Shown here one piece after another: positions 8,743-17,790 of a stretch of DNA of 64,000 nt. This DNA comes from Candidatus Magasanikiibacteriota bacterium. Its GTDB lineage: Bacteria; Patescibacteriota; Patescibacteriia; Magasanikbacterales; UBA922. The position numbers and the translations under genes were made by a program. Each line of letters starts with the position of its first letter. Within the stretch, counting starts at the first letter, position 1. The stretch is taken from the NCBI GenBank assembly GCA_049287025.1, contig JBAQFA010000051.1, forward strand, positions 65,697 to 129,696. The letters run 5' to 3'. The notes beneath the pieces were generated by a model that searched no databases, was not told the DNA's origin, and saw only the letters and a program-made list of their open reading frames with translations.

Positions 8743-9987
8743 ATGAATGTAGGTATTGATATTCGTTGTCTCATGGATAAAAACAGAACCGGTGTTGGGG
8801 AATATACTTTTGGTTTGTTGGATAATTTATTTAAAGGCATTGATTCCACAAATTTTAAAAAAGATTACACTGATAATAAGAATCAGTTTTTTTTATTTTA
8901 TAATTCTAGTAAAGATATTTTAGCTAATTTGCCAAAATGGGGTTATGAAAATGTACATTATATTGGATTAAATTGGCCGAACAAATTGCTTAATTTGCTT
9001 TTGTGGTTGAGGTTGATTAGGTTGGATAAAATGGTGGCCAAAGTATTGAAAGATCAAAAGATCAACCTTCGTCCCGAGCTCAGGTCGAGGGAAAGATCAA
9101 AAGATCAAATTAACAATGTAACAATTCGACAATGTAACAATCTTAATATTTGGTTTTCTCCAAATCTAAACTTTACCAATTTATCCAAGGGAGTCAAGCA
9201 TATCCAAACCATTCATGATTTATCTTTTGAATTTTTTCCAGAATGTTTTACTTGGAAACAAAGATTATGGCATTGGTTTCTCAATCCAAAAAAACAGTGT
9301 AAACGAGCGGACATTATTTTAACACCATCGGAGAATACGAGACGGGACGTTGTCGACAGATATCATATATCAGATAACAAAATACAAGTATTGAGACCAG
9401 GACTGTCTGTAGACAGAGGACATAAGACAGAAGACATAAGACATAAATATGGTTTACCAGAGAAATATATTTTGTATTTAGGGACGTTAGAGCCACGCAA
9501 GAATGTTGAAAGCATAGTAGATGCCTATAAATTATATCGGTCACAGATCACTGATCACTACCCACTTGTCCTCGCTGGTGCTCTAGGTTGGAAAAATAAA
9601 AAATTAATGCAGTTAATCAAAAACACTCCCAACGTCAAATACAGTGGTTATGTGGATGGTGAGGATAAAATGGTATTATATAAAAATGCCAGTTTATTTG
9701 TTTTTCCAAGTTTATATGAGGGTTTTGGTTTGCCTGTTTTGGAAGCAATGTCCTGTGGCGTGCCTGTAATTACTTCTAATCGCTCATCGCTTACAGAAGT
9801 TGGTCAGGATGCAGTTTACTATGTTAATCCTAACAATGTTAATGAATTGGCGGGGGCAATGGAATTGATCATGAAAAATAATGAGTTAAGAACGCGGATG
9901 ATAGCCAGAGGTTTAGAAGTTGGCAAAGATTTTGATTGGCAAAAATCAGCTCAAGAACTACTAAGTGTAATAAATAATGTAAGTTGA
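8743..9987 (+). CDS. Glycosyltransferase family 4, carrying in-frame repeat insertions
   Basis: 414 aa. 'YLGTLEPRKN', 'VFPSLYEGFGLPVLEAMSCGVPVITSN'. Contains the family-A palindromic element (9049-9142) and a palindrome plus gacataa repeats at 9403-9447. Confidence 0.8.
   Translation: MNVGIDIRCLMDKNRTGVGEYTFGLLDNLFKGIDSTNFKKDYTDNKNQFFLFYNSSKDILANLPKWGYENVHYIGLNWPNKLLNLLLWLRLIRLDKMVAKVLKDQKINLRPELRSRERSKDQINNVTIRQCNNLNIWFSPNLNFTNLSKGVKHIQTIHDLSFEFFPECFTWKQRLWHWFLNPKKQCKRADIILTPSENTRRDVVDRYHISDNKIQVLRPGLSVDRGHKTEDIRHKYGLPEKYILYLGTLEPRKNVESIVDAYKLYRSQITDHYPLVLAGALGWKNKKLMQLIKNTPNVKYSGYVDGEDKMVLYKNASLFVFPSLYEGFGLPVLEAMSCGVPVITSNRSSLTEVGQDAVYYVNPNNVNELAGAMELIMKNNELRTRMIARGLEVGKDFDWQKSAQELLSVINNVS
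9049..9142. repeat. Family A palindromic element inserted in frame in the GT4 gene
   Basis: aaagatcaaaagatcaa-[cgtcccgagctcaggtcgagg]-aaagatcaaaagatcaa, then acaatgtaacaat x2. Encodes 'KDQKINLRPELRSRERSKDQINNVTIRQCNNLN'. Confidence 0.5.
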
Positions 9988-10114
9988 CGTTATAATAGAT
10001 ATAAATAACAGTTTAACATATATTATGTTAACATTAACACTGATAAGTCTGGTATATATTGGTAAAAAATGGCTAAAACTAGCTAAGTTTAAGAAAGTTA
10101 TTAACCTGTGAAGG

Positions 10115-10143
10115 TTGACTAATGTTGATTTTTGGGGTATAAT
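10115..10143 (+). promoter_or_regulatory. Sigma70 consensus-like promoter upstream of the large secreted protein gene
   Basis: TTGACT at 10115-10120, 17-nt spacer, TATAAT at 10138-10143. Confidence 0.5.
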
Positions 10144-10187
10144 CCGCTATTCTTAATTTAATCTTAATAATTTTTAATTAATAATCT

Positions 10188-13100
10188 ATGCGAAAAATCA
10201 TCATAGGAGTAGCCGTTTTTGCTCTAGCAATCATGGCTCTACCAAATACAGCCAGCGCTGGTGGCTGTTATTATCCAAGGACAGCTAGTGAAATTATTGC
10301 TAGTAGTCCAACTAAAATAAATTTTGAAAAAACTTATGCTTTGCCTTTGACAGGCTATTGGAGTGATAATGGTGTGATGTTTTCTTCGGACAATGGAAAA
10401 GCTATATATATTAATAGTTATAATCGTGGTGGTTCCACAACAGCTTCTGGTGAATATTCTCTGTCTAATAATGCTACTTGGCCAAAAACTAGTGCAAATG
10501 ATCCATTAAAAATAAATTTTAAAAATGCAGTAAATAAAGTTGGTTTGTATTTAGGTAATGGCGAAGGTAGCGAACCTGTTGTGGCCGTGGTATCTTTATT
10601 TAATAAGTCTGGAGAAAAATTGTGTGATATTGATGTAGATGTTAAGTCAGATAATGTAGATACATTTTTAGGTTTTGAAACTGTAGCTGATTTGTATTCA
10701 ATGACAATTGATTATGGTAATACTACTCTAAGTGAAGAAATAGATGATTTGATGTTTACTTATAGTTCTAAATATGATCCAATTTGTTCAGAAACAGATG
10801 ATGGAGAAGATTATTATGTAAAAGGTGAAACTACTGGTCACTGGCTTTGTGTTGAAGACGGATATCCAATAGTCACGGAAAAAGATGTTTGTGTAGATGC
10901 GAACACTGTAAGAGAATATATGTGTAATAGTGGATGTAATAATATTTTAGCAACCGACGTAAAATGTCCTAACGGTTGTGTAAATGGAGCTTGTGTATCT
11001 CCTAGCGATATTGTGGTGCCAACCTTATCCAATTTTGTAGCTTATGACACAATTAGTGGAATAGGTTTGGTAGAAAATAAAGTTGGCTACAAAAAATATG
11101 GTAGTTATTCAAAACCATTACCAGTTTCAATTTACAATTCAACTAAAGCAATTAAATTATCTTTGATGCTTAAAAATAGCAATGATAATTTTACTTATGC
11201 TTATGTCTGGAATAATAATCCTTCAGATGGTGTAGAAGCTGATTACAGTGAGCAGACTGTGAAATCTATGGCTGGGTCAGCCAATTTTAATTCTTCGGCT
11301 GTGACAACTTTGAATTTAACTGACTATTATCGTGGTAAGTATGTGATGGTGCATGCGTTTGTGAGAAATAATGATGGTAAATCCGAAGTGCCAAATATGT
11401 CAGTAGAAGTAGATGAAGTCGTGCCATTATATTTTAGAATTGAGAAATTAAAAACGCCAACAGTAAATAGTTGTGTAGATTCTGATAATGGTTTAGAAAT
11501 TTATACCAAAGGTAGTACCAAAGGAGAAAAAGAAGGTACTAGAGTTTATGGGATTTATAATGATTCTTGCAGTAATAAAGTTGGTGAATCTGGTTTGTAT
11601 AGTGGTAAATGGGTAGTGGAACAACATTGTAGTGGCCCAGTTGACAAACCATATGTACATACTCAATGGAATGATTGTCCAAATGGCTGTATGGATGGCA
11701 AATGTGCTGAAAAGACTGTTTATGATAATACCATAAAGCCTACGGTAGCTTATCCAACAAACAAACAAGTTCTAACAAATTATCCAAGAGTAGCAACCCT
11801 AAAATGGAATTCAATTAGTGAAGCAGTTTCTTATAATATAGAATTGACATGTGATCATTGTAATAGTGTCGCCTGGCAAGATTATTATAAATGGACTTCT
11901 AAATCTAATTATTATGTTACCACTCCTCTAGATGGTGACAATGAATTTAGATTTAAAGTAAAGGCTGTGTATGCAGATGGTAGTACCAGTCAATGGTCTG
12001 ATTATAGATATTTTAGTTATAATACGTCAGCGTATTCTGAGAGTGTCTGTAGTGACCCAGATGGTAATAATACTAATGTAAAAGGTTATTCTAATGGTCT
12101 AAATAAAGTGACTAACAAACCGATGAATTATGTTGATTCTTGTGTGGTAAGTGACACTAACACGGTTTATGCTTATAGTAGTAATTATGTTAATGAATGG
12201 GTGTGTACCGCAGGAAATATTGTAGATAGTAGAGTTAGCAAGTGTAAAAATGGTTGTGTTGATGGACTTTGTGTTGAAGACAGCGAAGTTAATTATGATA
12301 TATCTGGTACAAGAGTAGTATTTTATATTTCTCTGAACCAGACCATGAAGCATAAAGAAAGCGGAGTAAATATAAAGTTGAATTATTTTGATGATAAAAG
12401 AATTTTGGTAAATTTGGATGGTGGTGCATATTTTGATGAGACAGTTTTGAGTTTAAAGACAAAGACCCAATTTTCCTTGATAAATGACAGTGTAAATAAA
12501 ATTGCCTTTACCTATTTAGGTAAGACAGCTGATGGTAAACAGGCAAAAATTTTACTTGATTATGGTGCAGATACCAATTTGAATGAATATGGTGCAGATT
12601 GTAATTTGAAAGTATATACAAAGGGTGACCAAACTGGTGGTGATGGAGTCTATCGTTTGTATGGTAGTGACAAACTTTATCATAGTGTATCTGGTATTAC
12701 TATGTCAGCTGACCCACTTGAAAAAAGTGCTAAGATTTATTTAGCGCTAAAGGGTGCTAAAGTATCTAATGTATTGATTAGTGCGAGTAGCATGAAATCT
12801 TTTACTTCAGCTAATGAAAAATATAATTTGACAGTTACATATAATGGATCTGATCCTTGTGGTGGTAGTATTATCACAGTAAAAAGTGAAAAGATTAGCA
12901 ATGAGGATTCTTGTTATAATTTATCTGGTATGGGAAACTTAGCTAAAGCTTGGGGTGATAATAAGGTCTGGTATGTGGAAGGTAATAATAAATATTGGTT
13001 TTCTTCAGCCGATGTTTATTTGTCCTGGTTTAGTGATTTCTCTGGTATCAAACTTACTGATGATAGTACAATTAATTCATTGACTCAGGGTGATAATGTT

Positions 13101-13640
13101 TGTCTAAAAACCGTATCAACTTGCTACAATCTTTCTGGTAAAGGTTATTTGGCCAAATCTTGGAATGATAACAAAGTTTGGTATGTTGATAATTCTACCA
13201 AGTATTGGTTTGCTAGTGAAAGTATTTTTAAATCTTGGTTTAAAGATTTTTCTGGAATCAAACTTATCAATGATAGTGTAATGAATTCTTTTGCTCAGGG
13301 TTCTGGTGTGTGTTATAAAGGTAGTATTACTATTCCAGTGGTAGAGAAACCTATCGTATCTTCAGGTGTGTCTTGTGGTAATTCGGCCGGTGGCGATGGT
13401 TTATATAGTATGTGTAAAGGTGATTCTATCCGCCATAGTGATGGGTTTACTATTACCAATCAAGCTTACACTGATAAAGTTTTGTCTTTAAAAACTGATG
13501 GTTTGGTAGCAACTTATATGCGTTTACCTATGAATGTCCCAGTCGTCATACAAGATATTACAGGAAAGAATAAGTATGATGTCACTTATACGCAAAAAAC
13601 AGATAAACACGGTGCATTCTTACAGATTGACAGTAAATAA
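10188..13640 (+). CDS. Large secreted cysteine-rich surface protein (signal peptide; CxNGCxxGxC modules; FN3-like domain; two C-terminal ~75-aa repeats)
   Basis: 1150 aa. Signal peptide 'MRKIIIGVAVFALAIMALPNTASA'. Repeated 'CPNGCVNGACV', 'CPNGCMDGKC' and 'CKNGCVDGLCV' modules. C-terminal duplicated repeat 'CYNLSG.G.LAK.W.DNKVWYV...KYWF...FSGIKL'. Confidence 0.7.
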   Translation: MRKIIIGVAVFALAIMALPNTASAGGCYYPRTASEIIASSPTKINFEKTYALPLTGYWSDNGVMFSSDNGKAIYINSYNRGGSTTASGEYSLSNNATWPKTSANDPLKINFKNAVNKVGLYLGNGEGSEPVVAVVSLFNKSGEKLCDIDVDVKSDNVDTFLGFETVADLYSMTIDYGNTTLSEEIDDLMFTYSSKYDPICSETDDGEDYYVKGETTGHWLCVEDGYPIVTEKDVCVDANTVREYMCNSGCNNILATDVKCPNGCVNGACVSPSDIVVPTLSNFVAYDTISGIGLVENKVGYKKYGSYSKPLPVSIYNSTKAIKLSLMLKNSNDNFTYAYVWNNNPSDGVEADYSEQTVKSMAGSANFNSSAVTTLNLTDYYRGKYVMVHAFVRNNDGKSEVPNMSVEVDEVVPLYFRIEKLKTPTVNSCVDSDNGLEIYTKGSTKGEKEGTRVYGIYNDSCSNKVGESGLYSGKWVVEQHCSGPVDKPYVHTQWNDCPNGCMDGKCAEKTVYDNTIKPTVAYPTNKQVLTNYPRVATLKWNSISEAVSYNIELTCDHCNSVAWQDYYKWTSKSNYYVTTPLDGDNEFRFKVKAVYADGSTSQWSDYRYFSYNTSAYSESVCSDPDGNNTNVKGYSNGLNKVTNKPMNYVDSCVVSDTNTVYAYSSNYVNEWVCTAGNIVDSRVSKCKNGCVDGLCVEDSEVNYDISGTRVVFYISLNQTMKHKESGVNIKLNYFDDKRILVNLDGGAYFDETVLSLKTKTQFSLINDSVNKIAFTYLGKTADGKQAKILLDYGADTNLNEYGADCNLKVYTKGDQTGGDGVYRLYGSDKLYHSVSGITMSADPLEKSAKIYLALKGAKVSNVLISASSMKSFTSANEKYNLTVTYNGSDPCGGSIITVKSEKISNEDSCYNLSGMGNLAKAWGDNKVWYVEGNNKYWFSSADVYLSWFSDFSGIKLTDDSTINSLTQGDNVCLKTVSTCYNLSGKGYLAKSWNDNKVWYVDNSTKYWFASESIFKSWFKDFSGIKLINDSVMNSFAQGSGVCYKGSITIPVVEKPIVSSGVSCGNSAGGDGLYSMCKGDSIRHSDGFTITNQAYTDKVLSLKTDGLVATYMRLPMNVPVVIQDITGKNKYDVTYTQKTDKHGAFLQIDSK

Positions 13641-13656
13641 GATTTGAAGTTAAATA

Positions 13657-13684
13657 AAACCCCACTTGAAAGAGTGGGGTTTGT
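13657..13684. terminator. Bidirectional terminator between convergent genes
   Basis: aaaccccac-ttgaaaga-gtggggttt hairpin with A/T runs on both sides. Confidence 0.6.
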
Positions 13685-13692
13685 TTATGAAA

Positions 13693-13980
13693 TTATTTTT
13701 CCAGTTCAGCTAGTTTTTTTTCCAATTCATCAAAAGTTAAATTTCCAGCCCTGTATGATTCAAAAAGTGTTAATTCTTTTTTTATCAGCTCAGAGTCAAC
13801 TGGTTGGTTGTCTCTTTCTTGACCGTATATGGCTTCGGCAGCGGCAACGTTTTCTTCTGTAATTCTTTGTATTTCTTCATCAGTGCGCTGTGGTTCACCA
13901 GTCATTTCATCTTTTAGTTCCAGAGCTTCTTTAAGCTCTGGGTATTTGGCGAGTAAAGCCTCCAATTTTTGATTGTCCAT
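13693..13980 (-). CDS. Small acidic coiled-coil hypothetical protein
   Basis: 95 aa. Last gene of a tightly spaced minus-strand operon. No recognisable domain. Confidence 0.5.
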   Translation of the reverse strand: MDNQKLEALLAKYPELKEALELKDEMTGEPQRTDEEIQRITEENVAAAEAIYGQERDNQPVDSELIKKELTLFESYRAGNLTFDELEKKLAELEK

Positions 13981-13994
13981 AATTTTTAAATTAA

Positions 13995-15434
13995 TTAATT
14001 AGTAAAATAATTCATTTGTTTTAATTTTTCAACAGTTTTTATTGTTATTTTTTCAATTACTTCTGGTGTTAAGTCTTTAAATTGCGTTGCTAATTCTTTT
14101 GCAGATTCAGCAATAACTTTGGTAATTTGGCTTGTATAACTTTCGCCATTTTTACTTTCTTTTTTTCTTGTGTCGTCAACAAAAGACACTCCTTTACCAA
14201 TTTTATCAGTAAAAAATGAAGTTTTTTTTCGTACTGCATCCTGTGGTATTTGTGAAATTATTGTTTTAATTGCTTGTAGCCATTGATCGGATTCTGTTTT
14301 TTGTTCTGTTGTCTCTGCTTTCGGTATATATAAATATGCGACACAAGTATCAGTTCTTTCATATGCAGCAAAATCTTTTCTAAACTTGAATTTTAAGCGA
14401 ATTCCGTTTTGATCTAAATAATCAGAAAGTTTACTGAGACATTCTGCAACTTTAGTAGTGCCATCTGGGCTGGCGTTAATATAGAATCGTACCTCTCGTG
14501 CATTATCCTTGTATGGAGCATTACCTTTAAACCAAACGAATCCCGCTGCTTGGTCTGGCTGTTGACCGTCGATAAGTTCTTGTTCGGTAATGTGTCTAAC
14601 TTTAGAAGATTGTGTTACTATATCAATTAATCTGTTACTAATTTCGGTATCGAAGTTTGCAATGAAATTTTCTTTGTCTGGGACATTAATCTCATCTTTT
14701 ACCTCTTGGTCAGTCATACCAGATTTATGTATATATTCATACATTACTACCGGCATTTTTGCTAGCATCTCAACATCACTTAAAGACTGTCGTTTTTTAA
14801 ATTCATCATCTGTTTCCCCAATATTTTTTCTGTTTCTAAATCTATCCATCTTCCCTCGAAAGTCTTTATCATTGAGAACAAGTTGTAGAAAATTTTTAAT
14901 TTGTTCTTCAAACAGTTGTTCTCTTTCAGATTTTATTTTTGTTTCAAGCTTATTGGTTGTTGTTTTTGGTAAAGGTTGTTTTTCTTTCTGCCTGAGATAA
15001 TCTAAAATTTTCTGTCGCAGTTTAACTTGTTCTGGGTCTGTGGTTCCCCAGAGTTCTTGTACAATTTCAGAAGACAGCCCTCGATACTTGGTTGGGATGT
15101 CTTGTTCTGTTATTGGTGGTTCGATACTCTCAGGCTTTGACATTGGCTGTTTTTCCTTGCCTCTTAGATACTCCAAAATTTTTTGACGTTTTTCAATCTC
15201 GTCTGGATGTGAAGTCTGCCAGATCTCTTCAAGTATTTCTGCAGAAATGCCACGATATTGAGGTGGTATATCTTCTTCGGTTGTTGGTTGTTCAGTGTCT
15301 TCTTCCAATTCAAAAAGCGTCTCAGTTGCTAATTTTTCTTGAGCTTTTGTTTGACCAGAAGTTGAACGAGGCTGTTTTTCGGTTGGGTGTAATTCTGGGT
15401 TTATGATTTGTTCTATTTCTTCATCTCTGTCCAT
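13995..15434 (-). CDS. Hypothetical protein with a tandem ~50-aa acidic N-terminal repeat
   Basis: 479 aa. The repeat 'EEDIPPQYRGISAEILEEIWQTSHPDEIEKRQKILEYLRGKEKQP' is followed by a near-identical copy 'EQDIPTKYRGLSSEIVQELWGTTDPEQVKLRQKILDYLRQKEKQP'. No recognisable domain. Confidence 0.6.
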   Translation of the reverse strand: MDRDEEIEQIINPELHPTEKQPRSTSGQTKAQEKLATETLFELEEDTEQPTTEEDIPPQYRGISAEILEEIWQTSHPDEIEKRQKILEYLRGKEKQPMSKPESIEPPITEQDIPTKYRGLSSEIVQELWGTTDPEQVKLRQKILDYLRQKEKQPLPKTTTNKLETKIKSEREQLFEEQIKNFLQLVLNDKDFRGKMDRFRNRKNIGETDDEFKKRQSLSDVEMLAKMPVVMYEYIHKSGMTDQEVKDEINVPDKENFIANFDTEISNRLIDIVTQSSKVRHITEQELIDGQQPDQAAGFVWFKGNAPYKDNAREVRFYINASPDGTTKVAECLSKLSDYLDQNGIRLKFKFRKDFAAYERTDTCVAYLYIPKAETTEQKTESDQWLQAIKTIISQIPQDAVRKKTSFFTDKIGKGVSFVDDTRKKESKNGESYTSQITKVIAESAKELATQFKDLTPEVIEKITIKTVEKLKQMNYFTN

Positions 15435-15436
15435 AG

Positions 15437-16282
15437 TTAGTTTAATTCCTTTATTTTTTTGATTAATTCAGAAACAGGCAAACTATCTCCAAATGGTTTG
15501 TATAGCATTCCCTTAAATTTTTTTAATCCAAACTTTGAAAAAGTTTCTAAAATATTTAGATTAAACTCTTTTAAAGCTAAAAATACTTTTTTTAAATCTT
15601 GATCATAAAAATTTTCTTCCAGTCTGTAAAAGGCTGCTAATAATTGGTGACGTATTTCTGGGTTAAAGATTTTATAACACAGTTCTTTGCGGAAAGTATT
15701 CTCTAGAGGATAATATGCTGGTAGATTGCCAGCTTTGGTTTGTAATCCCGTTGTAAGTAATTTTTGTTTGTCGTTCTCATTTAAGTAAGTAAATTCATAG
15801 AGCACTTGTAATGTGTATTCTAAAACATAAAAAATACCTATTTTTTGAATAACATCTTTATCATTTTTTTCTTGTTCTTCTGGGGATAGTTTTTTTGTCC
15901 TGTCCGCTAATTTTTTCAATAAAACGTGATGTTCTATTACGGCTGTTTTGGTTTTTGTAAATATTTTGTTTATATCCCCTAATAATTCTTCAACTTGGGT
16001 GTTTGGTGCTGGGGTGTTTGAATAAATATCAATAACATTGCCGAGCGCTTGGATAAATTCAACCTCATTAATTTTTGTTTCCATTAGTATTATTTCTGTA
16101 TTTTTTATAGCTTTGTAAGCGTGAGTAGTGGTTAGGTTTTTATTTTCCAGAGCATTTTTTAGAGAAATTGTTGCTGATAGAATATTTTTTAGAATTATTT
16201 TTTGTTCTTCTGTACCCCAAAAGTTTAATGGTTTTGTGCCCAATTTTTGAATTGTTTCAAGAAGAGTGTAGAGTGGTGTCAT
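15437..16282 (-). CDS. Hypothetical alpha-helical protein
   Basis: 281 aa. Its stop lies 2 bp before the start of the downstream gene. No recognisable domain. Confidence 0.55.
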   Translation of the reverse strand: MTPLYTLLETIQKLGTKPLNFWGTEEQKIILKNILSATISLKNALENKNLTTTHAYKAIKNTEIILMETKINEVEFIQALGNVIDIYSNTPAPNTQVEELLGDINKIFTKTKTAVIEHHVLLKKLADRTKKLSPEEQEKNDKDVIQKIGIFYVLEYTLQVLYEFTYLNENDKQKLLTTGLQTKAGNLPAYYPLENTFRKELCYKIFNPEIRHQLLAAFYRLEENFYDQDLKKVFLALKEFNLNILETFSKFGLKKFKGMLYKPFGDSLPVSELIKKIKELN

Positions 16283-16364
16283 AAAGTTTTGTTTGTATGT
16301 TAAGTATAATATAATGGCTTAGATTAGTAAATAGTTGTTGGAGGGGTTGTTTTTTTGTTGATTT

Positions 16365-17585
16365 GTGATAAATTATAGCTATATGAAAATAGGTATTGAC
16401 GCTAGAATGATGGGTTCAAAACAAGCTGGTTTAGGACGTTATGTTGAACAGCTGGTTTTGGGTTTATTGGAACAGGACAAAGAGAATGAATATGTACTGT
16501 TTACAAACAACGGTAACACACCATGTCTGCCTGCGACGGCAGACACCCCACTCAAGAGGGGATTTAAAATTGTTGAAGCAAACATACCTTGGTACAGCTG
16601 GCAAGAACAGACAAAATTTAAAAAAATAATTGATAGGGAAAAAATTGATTTAATGCATTTTCCTCACTGGAATGTGCCGTTATTTTATAATAAGCCATTT
16701 GTCGTCACGGTGCATGATTTGATTATGTACCATTATCCTCGGCAAGAGGCGAGTACTCATGGGCCGTTTGTTTATTGGCTGAAAGATTTAGGACATCGCC
16801 TAGTACTTAATCACGCGGTACAAAAAGCCAAGCATATTATTGTGACGAGTGAATTTACCAAGCAGGATTTACATCAGACCTTGGGAGTTTCATTAGAAAA
16901 AATGACTGTGACTTACCAAGCACCGTTTCAAAACACGATTCATGATTCACATAACACGACACAAGTTTTAAAAAAAAATAATGTTGAAAAACCATACGTT
17001 TTGTATGTTGGGAATGCTTATCCTCATAAAAATTTGGAAGGATTGTTAAAGTCTTGGAAAATTTTTAATGAAAAATATGGCAATGAATACCAATTAGTTT
17101 TGGTTGGCAAAAAGAATTTTTTTTATGAAAGACTTTTGAAAGATCAAAAGATTGAAAGATCAAAAGATCAGGAAGAAAAATCAGGATTTTCCGATCTTCC
17201 GATCTTCCGATCTTCAATTATTTTTACTGATTACGTCACAGACAATGAACTATCCCAACTATACGTCAACGCTTCACTCTACGTCTTCCCTTCACTCTAC
17301 GAAGGTTTTGGTTTACCACCACTCGAAGCACAACAATATAATGTGCCAGTGGTTTCTTCCAGTGCTAGTTGTTTGCCAGAAATATTAGGCGAGTCGGCGT
17401 TGTATTTTGATCCAGAGAATTATGAACAAATGGCGGAGGTGATTTATACTGGTTTGACTAATGAAGATATGAGATTTGAATTAAGACAAAATGCGAGAGA
17501 AAACCTAAAACGTTTTAATTTAAATAATATGATTAGTCAGACGTTGTTGATTTATAATAATATTGTTAAATTATTACATTATTAA
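16365..17585 (+). CDS. Glycosyltransferase family 4, carrying in-frame repeat insertions
   Basis: 406 aa. 'VFPSLYEGFGLPPLEAQQYNVPVVSSSASCLPEIL'. Contains a family-B palindrome (16525-16544), a family-A element (17137-17216) and a 12-nt direct repeat (17273-17301). Confidence 0.8.
   Translation: MINYSYMKIGIDARMMGSKQAGLGRYVEQLVLGLLEQDKENEYVLFTNNGNTPCLPATADTPLKRGFKIVEANIPWYSWQEQTKFKKIIDREKIDLMHFPHWNVPLFYNKPFVVTVHDLIMYHYPRQEASTHGPFVYWLKDLGHRLVLNHAVQKAKHIIVTSEFTKQDLHQTLGVSLEKMTVTYQAPFQNTIHDSHNTTQVLKKNNVEKPYVLYVGNAYPHKNLEGLLKSWKIFNEKYGNEYQLVLVGKKNFFYERLLKDQKIERSKDQEEKSGFSDLPIFRSSIIFTDYVTDNELSQLYVNASLYVFPSLYEGFGLPPLEAQQYNVPVVSSSASCLPEILGESALYFDPENYEQMAEVIYTGLTNEDMRFELRQNARENLKRFNLNNMISQTLLIYNNIVKLLHY
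17137..17216. repeat. Family A palindromic element inserted in frame in the GT4 gene
   Basis: gaaagatcaaaagattgaaagatcaaaagatcagga ... tccgatcttccgatcttccgatcttc. Encodes 'LKDQKIERSKDQEEKSGFSDLPIFRSS'. Confidence 0.5.
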
Positions 17586-17656
17586 ACTGCTATCTACCTC
17601 TGTTTCTCTGTGTAGTAGAACAGTGCAAAAATGTAACAATGTTTCATTATATTTAT

Positions 17657-17678
17657 CCACCCCAAACAGGTGGTTTTT
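17657..17678 (+). terminator. Rho-independent terminator after the GT4 gene
   Basis: ccacc-ccaaaca-ggtgg followed by T5. Confidence 0.5.
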
Positions 17679-17790
17679 CTTTTTAAGAACACAAAAATAT
17701 GGTATAATATTGATGTTAAAATTAAGTCAGATTTTTCTCTTAAATTAGCTAAAAAATAGAGTTATTAAAATAGTAAAAGTTTTTTGTTAA

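Noticed and set aside
13644-13862. 72-aa plus-strand ORF
   Set aside because: It begins inside the bidirectional terminator and overlaps the minus-strand 95-aa gene. The translation is featureless.
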